64,000 nucleotides of DNA. Source: Gemmatimonadota bacterium (GTDB lineage Bacteria > Gemmatimonadota > Gemmatimonadetes > Gemmatimonadales > GWC2-71-9). Shown here piece by piece: positions 19,232 to 28,693 of this stretch; position 1 is the stretch's first letter, and each line of letters starts with the position of its first letter. The position numbers and the translations under genes are program-made. A model generated the notes under the pieces. That model was not told the DNA's origin. It did no database searches and saw nothing but the letters and a program-made list of their open reading frames with translations. The stretch is from positions 4,473 to 68,472 of the forward strand of contig JBDHJM010000002.1 of assembly GCA_039586895.1 (NCBI GenBank), written 5' to 3'.

Positions 19232-20298
19232 CCAGCATGTGTGTGAAACCGACGTGGGCCGCGGCGCTGTCATTGGTGGCGCTGGCCGGCTGCAGCAAGG
19301 CGGAGTCGTCCAACGACGGGATGGGCGGAGGGATGCCGCCGATGCCGGTGGAGGTGGCCGCGGCGTTCTCCGATACCATCGTGGACGCGATCCACGCCAC
19401 TGGCGAGATCGAGGCGGTGCAGTCGATCTCGGTGCAGCCGGAGATCACCGGCCGTCTGGTGGACATCCTCGCGCGCGAGGGTTCCGAGGTCGCCGCCGGC
19501 ACGCCGCTCTTCAAGGTGGACGACGCCGAGCTCAAAGCCGAGGTGGCGCAGCTCGAAGCCGAGCGCGACCTGGCGGAGCAGGCGCTCACCCGCACCCGGG
19601 AGCTCATCGATCAGAACGCCTCGTCAACCGCCGATCTGGAGCGGGCAGAGGCCAACGCACGCAGCGCGGCGGCCCGGCTCGAGCTGCAGCAGGTGCGCCT
19701 GCAGCGCACCGTCGTGCGCGCACCGTTCGCCGGCGTGGTGGGCCAGCGCTACGTGAGCCTGGGGGACTACGTCACCACGTCGACCCGTCTCACCACACTG
19801 CAGACCGTGGATCCGCAGCGTGCGGTGTTCCGCGTGCCCGAGCGCCATGCGCAGCGGCTCCAGAGGGGTCAGGAGATCACTTTCAACGTGGCGGCGGTGG
19901 AGGAGCGCCGGTTCGTGGGGCGCGTCGAGTTCATCGACCCGATCGTCGAGCTGCCAGCGCGCACCATCACGGTCAAGGCCAGAGTCTCCAACCGGCGCCG
20001 CGCACTCAAGCCGGGCATGTTCATCGAGGTCCGGCTGACCACCGAAGTGCGGCCCGAAGCAGTAGTGGTGCCAGAGGATGCGATCCTGCCCTTGCAGGGA
20101 GCTGACTACGTGTGGGTGATTGCCGACGATGCGGCGACACGGCGCGAAGTCGAGCTGGGCGTACGCGTTCCGGGCTTCGTGGAGATCCTGGACGGGGTCG
20201 AGGCGGGCGATCTGGTGGTGGTCGGCGGACTGGAACGGCTGGTGGAGGGGGCTCCGGTCATGGCGATCCCCGTGGAGCGGACGCGGACCCCGGGCTGA
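19228..20298 (+). CDS. RND efflux periplasmic adaptor (membrane fusion protein) lipoprotein
   Basis: ATGA overlap with the OMF gene. Lipobox LVALAGC. Biotinyl/lipoyl-like hairpin: V.A.G.IEAVQSI.V.PEI.G.L..I..REG..V..G..L. Coiled-coil hairpin. Confidence 0.9.
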   Translation: MTSMCVKPTWAAALSLVALAGCSKAESSNDGMGGGMPPMPVEVAAAFSDTIVDAIHATGEIEAVQSISVQPEITGRLVDILAREGSEVAAGTPLFKVDDAELKAEVAQLEAERDLAEQALTRTRELIDQNASSTADLERAEANARSAAARLELQQVRLQRTVVRAPFAGVVGQRYVSLGDYVTTSTRLTTLQTVDPQRAVFRVPERHAQRLQRGQEITFNVAAVEERRFVGRVEFIDPIVELPARTITVKARVSNRRRALKPGMFIEVRLTTEVRPEAVVVPEDAILPLQGADYVWVIADDAATRREVELGVRVPGFVEILDGVEAGDLVVVGGLERLVEGAPVMAIPVERTRTPG

Positions 20299-20299
20299 G

Positions 20300-21427
20300 C
20301 TAGCGCCCCACCGTCTTCGGGAACCGCGCGATCGCGAGCCACAGCACACCCGCTGCCATCAGGGCCAGCGCCAGGTATTGCGGCCACAGCGTGACGATGC
20401 CCTCACCCTTCAGGAAGATCACCCGCAGGATCTCCAGGAAGTGGCGCACGGGGTTCAGCAGCGTCACCCACTGGAACACCTCGGGCATACTGCTTATCGG
20501 GTAGAAGAAGCCCGACAGGATGATCGCCGGCTGGAAGAACAGGAACATCGTCATGAACGCTTCCTGCTGCGTCCGCGAGATCGTGGAAATCAGCAGTCCC
20601 ACGGCGAGGCCCGACAGGATGTAGAGGAGGGCGGCCAGCAGGAGCGCCGGCGGCGAGCCGCGGATCGGTATGTCGAACCACAGCACGGCGATCGCCGAGA
20701 TCAGCACCAGGTCCACCACTGCAACCGCCGCCACCGGCAGGGTCTTGCTCAGCATCAGCTCGCCGGGGGTTAGCGGGCTCACCATGAGCTGGTCCAGCGT
20801 GCCCAGCTCGCGCTCCCGCACCACCGCCAGCGCGGTGAGCAGGAGGCACATCAGCATTATCAGCACTCCCACCACGGCCGGCACGTTGTAGACCCGGCTC
20901 TCGAGAGTGGAGTTGTACCAGGCCCGCACACGGAGCTCGACGCCCCCGGTCGGGAGCACACCCTGCGCGGCGGCGGCGTCGAGCGCGAACCGCTGCACGA
21001 TACCCTGCGCATAGCCCAGAGCGACGGTAGCGCTGTTGGATTCAGAACCGTCCACCAGCACCTGGACAGTGGCGCCCCGCCCAGCCGCGAGGTCGCGGGA
21101 GAAGCCGCGCGGGATCTCGATTCCCACCAGTGCATTGCCCCCATCTAGAGCGCGCACCAGGTCCCGCGACCGCCCTGACTGGCCCACCACATCGAAGTAG
21201 CCGGTGGAGCGAAAGGCGTCGATCAGGCGGCGGGACTCGGCGGTCTGGTCGTAGTCGACCACGAAGGTGGCGGTGTGGCGTATGTCGGTGTTCACGGCGT
21301 AGCCGAACATCAGCAGCTGGATGATCGGTGCGACGAAGATGACGCCCCGGGTGCGCGGATCCCGCAGCAGCTGCCGCAGCTCCTTCTTCACCATCTCCCG
21401 CAGGCGCGGCACCGAGATCGGGCTCAT
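20300..21427 (-). CDS. ABC-2 type exporter permease (YbhR/YbhS-like), second of two
   Basis: The ATG at 21427 overlaps the upstream stop (ATGA). N-terminus KKELRQLLRDPRTRG, a large extracytoplasmic loop, then 5 C-terminal TMs. The upstream part of the listed 581-aa ORF is out-of-family Arg/Ala-rich sequence that overlaps the neighbouring gene. Confidence 0.88.
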   Translation of the reverse strand: MSPISVPRLREMVKKELRQLLRDPRTRGVIFVAPIIQLLMFGYAVNTDIRHTATFVVDYDQTAESRRLIDAFRSTGYFDVVGQSGRSRDLVRALDGGNALVGIEIPRGFSRDLAAGRGATVQVLVDGSESNSATVALGYAQGIVQRFALDAAAAQGVLPTGGVELRVRAWYNSTLESRVYNVPAVVGVLIMLMCLLLTALAVVRERELGTLDQLMVSPLTPGELMLSKTLPVAAVAVVDLVLISAIAVLWFDIPIRGSPPALLLAALLYILSGLAVGLLISTISRTQQEAFMTMFLFFQPAIILSGFFYPISSMPEVFQWVTLLNPVRHFLEILRVIFLKGEGIVTLWPQYLALALMAAGVLWLAIARFPKTVGR

Positions 21428-22539
21428 GCGATCTCCTTGCGGAACGCCTTGATCGCCAGCGCCAGGCCCACGACCGCGAACACGATCATCGCCACACCGC
21501 TGGGCCACAGCACGTCGATGCCGACGCCCTTGAGGAAGATCCCTTTGGTGACGGACACGTAGTAGCGGGCCGGCACCACGTAGCTGATCGCGCGCAGCAC
21601 GAACGGCATGGTGGCGATGGGGAAGATGAACCCGGAGAGCAGCAGTGCCGGGAGGAACGTGGCCATCATCGCCACCTGCGTGGCCAGCATCTGCGAACGC
21701 AGCGCAGCGGAGATGAATATCCCCAGCCCCAGCGCTCCGATCACGAACAGAAGCGTGAACACTCCCAGCAGCAGCAGGCTGCCGCGCAGCGGCACGGAGA
21801 AGATCAGGACACCTGCCACGCACGCAACTGCCACGTCGAACAGCCCGATCCCCACGTACGGAATCAGCTTGCCGAGCACTACTTCGAGTCGGTGCACCGG
21901 CGTCGCCGCAAGCTGCTCCATGGTGCCGCGCTCCCACTCGCGAGCGATAGTGAGCGCAGTGAGCATGGACGCGATGATGGACATGACGACCGCTACCAGG
22001 CCCGGGACGATCATGTTGCGGCTCTCGAGGGTCTCGTTGTACCACACGCGCGCCTCGAGCGCCGCCGGGAGCTGTAATTGGCGGCCTTCCAGCATGACGT
22101 CCGACGAGTGGCGCAGCACGATGACGTCGGCGTAGTTCTGCGCGATGGTGGCGGTGTTGGCGTCGCTGCCGTCCAGCAGCAGCTGCACCTCGGCGGGACG
22201 TCCCGACGCCAGATCGCGCGCGTAGCTGGGGGGGATTGCCAGTACGAGCCGGGCGCGGCCGCGGCTCAGCACCCCCTCGACCTCAGCGGCGCGGTCCAGA
22301 CGGGCGACTACCGTGAAGTATCCCGATCCCTCGAAGGCCTCCACCAGCTGCCGGCTCTGCTGCGTGCGGCTCTGGTCCAGCACGGCCAGCTCGATGTTGC
22401 GGATGTCGAACGAGATGGCGTAGCCGAACAGCAGCAGCAGCAGCACCGGCAGGATGAACGCGAGGTAGAGGCTGCGAGGATCCCGGCGGATCTGCAGCAG
22501 CTCCTTGCGGGCGATTGCCCACAGCCGTGCGGCGCTCAT
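21424..22539 (-). CDS. ABC-2 type exporter permease (YbhS/YbhR-like), first of two
   Basis: RKELLQIRRDPRSLY N-terminus and the same architecture as its paralog downstream. ATGA overlap with the ATPase gene. Confidence 0.88.
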   Translation of the reverse strand: MSAARLWAIARKELLQIRRDPRSLYLAFILPVLLLLLFGYAISFDIRNIELAVLDQSRTQQSRQLVEAFEGSGYFTVVARLDRAAEVEGVLSRGRARLVLAIPPSYARDLASGRPAEVQLLLDGSDANTATIAQNYADVIVLRHSSDVMLEGRQLQLPAALEARVWYNETLESRNMIVPGLVAVVMSIIASMLTALTIAREWERGTMEQLAATPVHRLEVVLGKLIPYVGIGLFDVAVACVAGVLIFSVPLRGSLLLLGVFTLLFVIGALGLGIFISAALRSQMLATQVAMMATFLPALLLSGFIFPIATMPFVLRAISYVVPARYYVSVTKGIFLKGVGIDVLWPSGVAMIVFAVVGLALAIKAFRKEIA

Positions 22540-23474
22540 CCCTCGACCGCTCCGCCCTCTCGCAGCACGAGTGCCACGAACACATCCTCGAGGGACGGCT
22601 CCACCACTGCGAGCGACTCACAGGTGCGGCCGGCACCCTCCAGCAGCGGCGGCAGCTCGTTGAGTGCGGCCGCTGCGTCCTCTGCCATCACGTGTACCGA
22701 CCGTCCGAACATGGCCGCGGTGAGGACGCCAGGCGAACCGGTCAGGGCTTCGACGGCGCGGGCCGGATCGTCCGTCTGCAGCTCGAGCAGCGGCTGGTGC
22801 AGCTCTTCCCTCAGTTTGGCCGGTCGGCCCAGCGCGATGAGCCGCCCGCGGTTCATCAGCGCCAGGCGGTTGCAGTACTCGGCTTCCTCCATGTAGTGCG
22901 TGGTCACGAACACGGTCGTGCCGCCCTCGGCCAGCTCGTAGATCAGGTCCCAGAAGCTGCGGCGCGACACGGGGTCGACGCCGGACGTCGGCTCGTCGAG
23001 GAACAGGATCGGCGGCTCGTGCAGCACGGCGCAGCCCAATGCGAGGCGCTGCTTCCAGCCCAGCGCGAGTTCGGCAGTGGGGCGCTTCCGTGCGTCGGCG
23101 AGCCCCGCCATCTGCAGCACCCACTCCTGCCTCTCGGCCAGGCGTGCGCCGGCCACTCCGTACAGTCCCCCGAACAGCTGGATGTTCTCCTCCACCGTGA
23201 GGTCGCCGTAGAGCGAGAAGAGCTGTGACATGTACCCGATGCGCCGCTTCACCTCGGCGGACTGACGCGCCACGTCGAACCCGGCCACGCTGGCCTCTCC
23301 CCCGGTCGGCAGCAGCAGGCCGTTGAGCATCTTGATCGTGGTCGTCTTGCCGGCGCCGTTGGGGCCCAGGAAGCCGAAGATCTCTCCGGTCGCGACGTCG
23401 AAGCTGACCCGGTCGACCGCGGTGAAATCGCCGAACGTGCGGCTCAGGTCGCGCACGCGGACAGCCTCAGCCAT
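22536..23474 (-). CDS. ABC transporter ATP-binding protein (second ATPase, degenerate signature motif)
   Basis: Walker A GPNGAGKTT and Walker B ILFLDEPTSGVD. The signature position reads LALGWKQRL instead of LSGG. Confidence 0.9.
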   Translation of the reverse strand: MAEAVRVRDLSRTFGDFTAVDRVSFDVATGEIFGFLGPNGAGKTTTIKMLNGLLLPTGGEASVAGFDVARQSAEVKRRIGYMSQLFSLYGDLTVEENIQLFGGLYGVAGARLAERQEWVLQMAGLADARKRPTAELALGWKQRLALGCAVLHEPPILFLDEPTSGVDPVSRRSFWDLIYELAEGGTTVFVTTHYMEEAEYCNRLALMNRGRLIALGRPAKLREELHQPLLELQTDDPARAVEALTGSPGVLTAAMFGRSVHVMAEDAAAALNELPPLLEGAGRTCESLAVVEPSLEDVFVALVLREGGAVEG

Positions 23475-24405
23475 GCGCCGCTCCGCCGTCCTGCACCAGG
23501 TGGATGAACACGTCTTCGAGTGAGGCTTCGGCCTCGCCTTCGCCCAGCACCTGCAGTCCCGCCGCCTCGAGAGCGGCGCGGGCCGCAGGCCAGTCGCGAG
23601 CCCGGTCGTCGAGGTTCACGTGCAGCACGTCGCCGAACAGGGTGGCTTGGCGCACGCCCGTACGGGAGCGCAGCAGGTCGCGTGCGCGGCGCGGGTCGTC
23701 GGCCCGCACCCAGTGGATGTGACCCGCGAGCAGCAGCTGCAGCGCGGCCGGAGTGTCGAGGGCCACCAGCCTGCCCTCGTGCAGCAGGGCGACGCGATCG
23801 CAGCGCTCGGCTTCGTCGAGGTAGGCGGTGGCCACGAGAACGGTCACTCCCCGTGCCACCATCTCGTGCACGATGAGCCACAGGTCGCGGCGGGAGATGG
23901 GGTCCACCCCGAATGTGGGCTCGTCGAGCAGCATGATCTCGGGTTCGTGCACCAAGGCACAGGTCAGCCCGAGCTTCTGCTTCATGCCGCCCGAGAGCTG
24001 CCCGGCGAGCCGGTCCTGGAACGGTTCCAGGCCCGAGAACCGGTACAGGCGCTCGACCCGCCTCGAGCGCTCTTCCCGCGGTACGCGGAACAGGTCGGCG
24101 TAGAACTCGATGTTCTCGCGTACGGTGAGGTCGCTGTAGAGGCCGAAGCGCTGCGACATGTAGGCGATGCGGTGCTTCACGCCCTCGGGATCGCGGGCCA
24201 CGCTGATGTCGCGCACCCGGGCGTCGCCCGCGCTGGGCGCCAGCACGCCGGCGAGCATGCGCATGGTGGTGGTCTTGCCGGCGCCGTCCGGCCCCACGAT
24301 GCCGAACAGCTCGCCCCGCGCCACCTCCAGCGACACGCCCTCGACCGCGCGCACGGCGCCGAACCGGCGCGTGAGGCCGTCGAGAGTGACTGCGGCTTCC
24401 ATCAA
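23467..24405 (-). CDS. ABC transporter ATP-binding protein (first ATPase, canonical motifs)
   Basis: Walker A GPDGAGKTT, signature LSGGMKQKL and Walker B IMLLDEPTFGVD. Confidence 0.92.
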   Translation of the reverse strand: MMEAAVTLDGLTRRFGAVRAVEGVSLEVARGELFGIVGPDGAGKTTTMRMLAGVLAPSAGDARVRDISVARDPEGVKHRIAYMSQRFGLYSDLTVRENIEFYADLFRVPREERSRRVERLYRFSGLEPFQDRLAGQLSGGMKQKLGLTCALVHEPEIMLLDEPTFGVDPISRRDLWLIVHEMVARGVTVLVATAYLDEAERCDRVALLHEGRLVALDTPAALQLLLAGHIHWVRADDPRRARDLLRSRTGVRQATLFGDVLHVNLDDRARDWPAARAALEAAGLQVLGEGEAEASLEDVFIHLVQDGGAAHG

Positions 24406-24409
24406 GGTC

Positions 24410-25408
24410 TCAGCGCTGGGAAGTGTCGAGCCTGACGTCGGCCGGGAGGCCGGGCTTCAGATCGAACCCGTCGTCTCCCGTCACCCGCACCTTCACGCGG
24501 TAGACCAGCTTCACCCGCTCCGCCGTGGTCTGCACGTTGCGCGGGGTAAACTCGGCCTCGCTGGCGATGAAGGTGACCTCGCCGGCGTAGGTGCGGTCGG
24601 GGTAGGCGTCGGCCGCGATCGTCGCGGCCAGCCCCACGGCGAGCCGCCCCACTTCGTCACCGAGCACGTAGATGCGGACCCAGCGGTCGACGGGGTTCAT
24701 GACGGTCAGCACCGGAACCCCGGCACCCACCACTTCGCCAGGCTCGCGGTGGCGCACGGTGACCACCCCGGCGAACGGAGCGCGCACGACGGCGTTCTCG
24801 AGGGTCGCTTCCAGCTGGGCCACCGCGGCCCGCGCCTGGTCGAGGACGGCCCGCTGTGCCGCGATCTGCTCGGTGCGGGGTCCGCGCTCGAGGATGTCGA
24901 GCTGCTCGCTGGCACGGTCCCTCTCGGCCTCCGCGATGGTCACGGCGGTCGCGGCATTGTCGAGCTGCTGCCTGCTAACGGCGCCGCCCTCGTACAGCCG
25001 CCGGGTGCGCTCCAGGTCTCGCTGCGCATCGGCGAGCCGCTGCTCGGCTGCGCGCGCGGCGGCTCGGCCCTGCGCCACTTCCTCGTCGCGAAAGCCGCTC
25101 TCCAGCTCCGTGAGGCGCGCGCGCGCGGTCGCGACCTGCGCCACTGCCTGACGCCGGCGGGCGGCGAGCTCGGTGCGGTCGAGCCAGGCCAGCTCGCTGC
25201 CGGCGGCCACACGGTCGCCCTCCCGGACGGCGATGCTGTCGATGCGGCCGGGTACCTGGAATCCGAGGTCGGCTTCGGTGGCTTCCACGGTGCCGGATGC
25301 CTGGATCAGGTCGGCACCCGCCGCGCTGCGCCATACGGTGGCGACCACTATGACGGCGGCGACCACGAGTGCCGCGGCCGCGATCGCTATTCGCTGCTGC
25401 TTCTTCAT
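24410..25408 (-). CDS. HlyD/YbhG-like periplasmic adaptor
   Basis: The ATG at 25408 (MKKQQRIAIAAAALVVAAVIVV, a TM anchor) overlaps the TolC stop (ATGA). Lipoyl-like and coiled-coil hairpin segments follow. Confidence 0.88.
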   Translation of the reverse strand: MKKQQRIAIAAAALVVAAVIVVATVWRSAAGADLIQASGTVEATEADLGFQVPGRIDSIAVREGDRVAAGSELAWLDRTELAARRRQAVAQVATARARLTELESGFRDEEVAQGRAAARAAEQRLADAQRDLERTRRLYEGGAVSRQQLDNAATAVTIAEAERDRASEQLDILERGPRTEQIAAQRAVLDQARAAVAQLEATLENAVVRAPFAGVVTVRHREPGEVVGAGVPVLTVMNPVDRWVRIYVLGDEVGRLAVGLAATIAADAYPDRTYAGEVTFIASEAEFTPRNVQTTAERVKLVYRVKVRVTGDDGFDLKPGLPADVRLDTSQR

Positions 25409-26787
25409 GAGACGGTCTCCAGCATCGCGGCGAGCCAGTGCGGCGACAGGTCGCCCACCACACGGGCCAGCTCCACGCGGGCTGCGATCTCGGCGTGACG
25501 CGCCTGTACCACGGCCGCGCGGGCGCGCCGCAGCGATGCCTCGGCTCTGAGATAGTCGGTCTGGATGCCGCGGCCCGCGTCGAGCGCGAGCTGTTCGATC
25601 CGGGCAACCTCGGCGAGGTGCTCCGCCGCGCGTGCCAGCGCGTCGACCCGGGCGCTCTGCTCCTGCACGCGCGACAGGGCGCGGTCCACGGCGTCGTGGC
25701 CGTGCAGCCGGGCCAGCTCGAGCTGCTCCACGGCCTCTGCTGCCTGGGCGCCCGCCGCGGACACCGCGTTGGAGCGGGCGCCCCCGGTGAACAGCGGGTA
25801 CGAGAGGCGCACCCCGATCTGCCACAGGTCCTGGACCTCGAAGGCTGGGCTGGTGAACAGCTGGTAGGACCCTGCCACGTCGAACCGCGGCCACCACGTG
25901 GCGGTGGCGGCACCGTGCGCGCGCTCCGCGGCGTCTCGCAGGCTGCGGGCCGCCGCGAGGTCGGGGTTGGCGGCTTCGAAGCGATCTATCAGGGCAGTGC
26001 GGTCCTCAGTGGCGATCCCGGCCAACCTGACGGGCACCAGCCGGTCTGCCCGCACCGTGCCGGCCCGGAGGCCGAGCATCCGGGCCAGGGCGCGCTCGGC
26101 GGTGTCCAACGCGCGCTCCGCGGCGATGCGCTCCGCCTCCGCCTCAGCGTATGCGGCCTCGACACGCAGGCGCTCCACCTCGGCTGCCTGCCCCTGCTCC
26201 AGCAGGTGCCCCACCCGCTCCCGCTCGGCCGCCAGTGCCGCGAGGCTCTGCTGCTGGGCCTCGAGGATGCCGTGGGCCGAGAGCACCTCCAGGTACGTGA
26301 TCGAGACATCCGCCAGGAGCGCCGCCTCGCTCGACTCCACTCTGGATTCGGCAGCCTGCTGCTGCGCGCGGGCTCCCTTCGCCCGCGAGCTGCGGCCGAA
26401 GCCGTCGAACAGGGTCCACCCCAGCTGGAGCCCGCCCTGGATCAGGGTGCGGTCGAACACGAAAGCGTCCGGCGAGAGCTCGTGGATCGGGAAGACGAGC
26501 ATGTCCTTCTGGTACTGGAACAGGGAGCCGTCCGCCTGGAGCGAGGGCCACCACTCGGAGCTGGCTCCCCCCGCCCGCGCCGCCGCGCCGCGCTCGGCCG
26601 CGCGCGCCGCCCGGACCGACGGGTGGTAATCCAGGGCCAACTCGACTGCCCGGTCCAGGGTGAGCCGCCCGGGGGGATCTGCCTGCTGAGCCGGCGCTGC
26701 CGGAGCGGCGGCGAGCCAGCCGACGCAGACTGCGGCCGCCAGGCCCAGCCCACGGCCCGCACCCGGTCCGTGCGCGGGGGCCGTCAT
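25405..26787 (-). CDS. TolC-family outer-membrane protein
   Basis: Signal-like N-terminus (GLGLAAAVCVGWLAAAPAAPAQQ). Two OEP repeats with LTLDRAVELAL...HPSVRAA-type opening. Confidence 0.85.
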   Translation of the reverse strand: MTAPAHGPGAGRGLGLAAAVCVGWLAAAPAAPAQQADPPGRLTLDRAVELALDYHPSVRAARAAERGAAARAGGASSEWWPSLQADGSLFQYQKDMLVFPIHELSPDAFVFDRTLIQGGLQLGWTLFDGFGRSSRAKGARAQQQAAESRVESSEAALLADVSITYLEVLSAHGILEAQQQSLAALAAERERVGHLLEQGQAAEVERLRVEAAYAEAEAERIAAERALDTAERALARMLGLRAGTVRADRLVPVRLAGIATEDRTALIDRFEAANPDLAAARSLRDAAERAHGAATATWWPRFDVAGSYQLFTSPAFEVQDLWQIGVRLSYPLFTGGARSNAVSAAGAQAAEAVEQLELARLHGHDAVDRALSRVQEQSARVDALARAAEHLAEVARIEQLALDAGRGIQTDYLRAEASLRRARAAVVQARHAEIAARVELARVVGDLSPHWLAAMLETVS

Positions 26788-27401
26788 GGTGCCTCCCCGG
26801 GGGCGGCCTCCAGGCCGGCTCGAACGAAGCTCACCACGCTGTTCACCAGCTCGGACCGGGTGGCCGGGTCCCGCTGATTCACCCCCAGGGCCTGCTCCAG
26901 GAAGCGCCGCACCACGGAGAGCCAGATGGGCTGCGCCGCCACCGAGAGGGCCATGAGGCGCGGATCGCCCGGGCGGATCGAGCCGTCGGCCTGACCTTCG
27001 CCAATGAGTCCCGCAAACAGGGCGTGATTGCCCTCGAGCACCCGGGCCACCGCTTCGGGGAGCGGGCCCTGGCTCGCCAGATGCTGCACCATGAAGGAGG
27101 GCAGCTCCGGGTGCTCGGCCAGGTGGTCGAACGCCGCCCGCACCAGCAGCTCGATGCGCTGCAGCGGTGTGCCCGGCTGGCTGGCCACGGACGCAAGATG
27201 CTGGCGCAGCGGCTCGGCCACCGAAGCCATGGCGCTCTCGTACAGCGCTTCCTTGGAGCCGAAGTGGTAGGTGACCGCGCCGAGGTTGGCCCCGGCGTGC
27301 CGGGTGATGGCCCGGACGGATGCTCCTCTGTAGCCGTCGCTGGCGAAGAGCTCACGCGCGGCGGCGAGCAGGGCGCTGGCTGTATCGGGTGTCTGATTCA
27401 T
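26784..27401 (-). CDS. TetR/AcrR-family transcriptional regulator (CecR/YbiH-like position)
   Basis: The ATG at 27401 places the HTH (ELFASDGYRGASVRAITRHAGANLGAVTYHFGSKEALY) at the usual distance from the N-terminus. It overlaps the TolC start by 4 nt. Confidence 0.88.
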   Translation of the reverse strand: MNQTPDTASALLAAARELFASDGYRGASVRAITRHAGANLGAVTYHFGSKEALYESAMASVAEPLRQHLASVASQPGTPLQRIELLVRAAFDHLAEHPELPSFMVQHLASQGPLPEAVARVLEGNHALFAGLIGEGQADGSIRPGDPRLMALSVAAQPIWLSVVRRFLEQALGVNQRDPATRSELVNSVVSFVRAGLEAAPGEAP

Positions 27402-27434
27402 ACGTATGATTTGATACGGACGTATGTATGATAC
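27398..27434. promoter_or_regulatory. Cluster of ATAC/GTAT inverted repeats, candidate TetR operator
   Basis: Perfect 12-bp palindrome tcatacgtatga (27398-27409) spans the TetR ATG. atacg-ga-cgtat lies at 27414-27425 and gtat-g-atac at 27426-27434. This is the most AT-rich patch in the neighbourhood. Confidence 0.45.
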
Positions 27435-27496
27435 AGTCACCCTACCGGCTGTCAAGCTTGGTGTCGCGTGCTGTCAGGATGGTGTATCGATGGTGT

Positions 27497-28693
27497 CTAT
27501 CGGGGCCGAGCCGCGAGCCAGCTCTCGGGATCCAGCGCGATCCCGCCCTGGCCTCGGATCTGGAACTCGATGTGGGGGCCTTCCTCGGAGCCGGTCCCGC
27601 CGGACTCGCCGATGACCTCGCCCGGATCGACCCACTGGCCCGCCTGCACCGTGAACCGGTTGAGGTAGAGGTAGAGGGTGTAGAATCCGCCGCCGTGGTC
27701 TATCAGCACGGACGGCCCGTAGGTGCTCATCAGGTTGGCGTACTCGACTGTGCCTCCCGCCACTGCCCGGACCGGGGTCCCGATGGGCACGGCGATACCC
27801 ACCCCGTGCCGCCTGATCCGGGTATCGTCGGGTCCGGCGGCGATCCCGAACCGGTAGATGACCCGGCCGGAGTCCACCGGCCACTCCAGGGCCCCCAGGT
27901 CTTCCTCGCCGATCGTGGCTGCCCCGGGCGCGCCCCGGGCCACGGCGCGGCGCCGCGCTTCCTCCAGCGTGGCGATGATGTCCACCAGGCGCTCTTCGTC
28001 CCGAGCCAGCGAGTCGAGCCGAGTGGCCGCCACCTGCTCGGAGGCCCGCGTGTCGCGCAGCGCGCGCTGGCGCCTCTGCTCCAGCGCCACGAAGCGGTTC
28101 AGCTCGTCCCCGCGCTCGTCGCGCCGCACCGACAGCTCGCTGTGGATCGCAACCAGGTGGGAGCGCTGCTCGCCCACGCGGTCGCGCAGCACCTCGACCT
28201 CGCCCACCAGGGCCCGGTCCTGGCGGCTCACCAGGTAGAGGTACTTGTAGCGGCTCACCAGGTCGCCGAAGCTCTCGGCGGCCAGCAGCACCTCGAAAAT
28301 CCACAGCGAGCCCCGTTTGTAGATCTCGACCAGCCGGGCGTCGAGCACCGCGCGCGTCTCGGCCAGTGCGTCCTGCGCCAGCATGAGGTCCAGGGTAACG
28401 GTGTCGAGCTGCGCGCTGAGCCCGACGATCTGGCGGTCCAGCTCGTTCACGATGCGCGAGGTGACGCTCTTCTGGCGCTCGATGTTGTCCAGCTCGCCCT
28501 CGATGGAGTGCATCCGCCCCCTGAGGCTCTGCAGCTGGGACTCAAGCTGCAGGCGCTCCTGCCGGATGCCCTCCAGCCGGTCCTGGTTCTCGCGGATCTG
28601 TCGGGTGATGTTGGGGCGCTGCTGTGCCGGGGCGGCGCGCCCCGCGGCGAGCAGCAGGAGGGTGAGGGTCAGCGCAGCGGGTACGGTCCTCAT
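27497..28693 (-). CDS. envC: EnvC-like murein hydrolase activator (coiled coil plus degenerate M23/LytM domain)
   Basis: The ATG at 28693 gives signal peptide MRTVPAALTLTLLLLAAGRAAPAQ. A long coiled coil follows. The C-terminal LytM domain has degraded metal ligands: HGVGIAV instead of HxxxD, and PHIEFQI instead of HxH. ATGA overlap with ftsX. Confidence 0.85.
   Translation of the reverse strand: MRTVPAALTLTLLLLAAGRAAPAQQRPNITRQIRENQDRLEGIRQERLQLESQLQSLRGRMHSIEGELDNIERQKSVTSRIVNELDRQIVGLSAQLDTVTLDLMLAQDALAETRAVLDARLVEIYKRGSLWIFEVLLAAESFGDLVSRYKYLYLVSRQDRALVGEVEVLRDRVGEQRSHLVAIHSELSVRRDERGDELNRFVALEQRRQRALRDTRASEQVAATRLDSLARDEERLVDIIATLEEARRRAVARGAPGAATIGEEDLGALEWPVDSGRVIYRFGIAAGPDDTRIRRHGVGIAVPIGTPVRAVAGGTVEYANLMSTYGPSVLIDHGGGFYTLYLYLNRFTVQAGQWVDPGEVIGESGGTGSEEGPHIEFQIRGQGGIALDPESWLAARPR

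Noticed and set aside
24167-26877. Two long plus-strand ORFs (24167-25498 and 25438-26877)
   Set aside because: Antisense to the HlyD-like and TolC-like genes. No motifs and shadow-frame composition.
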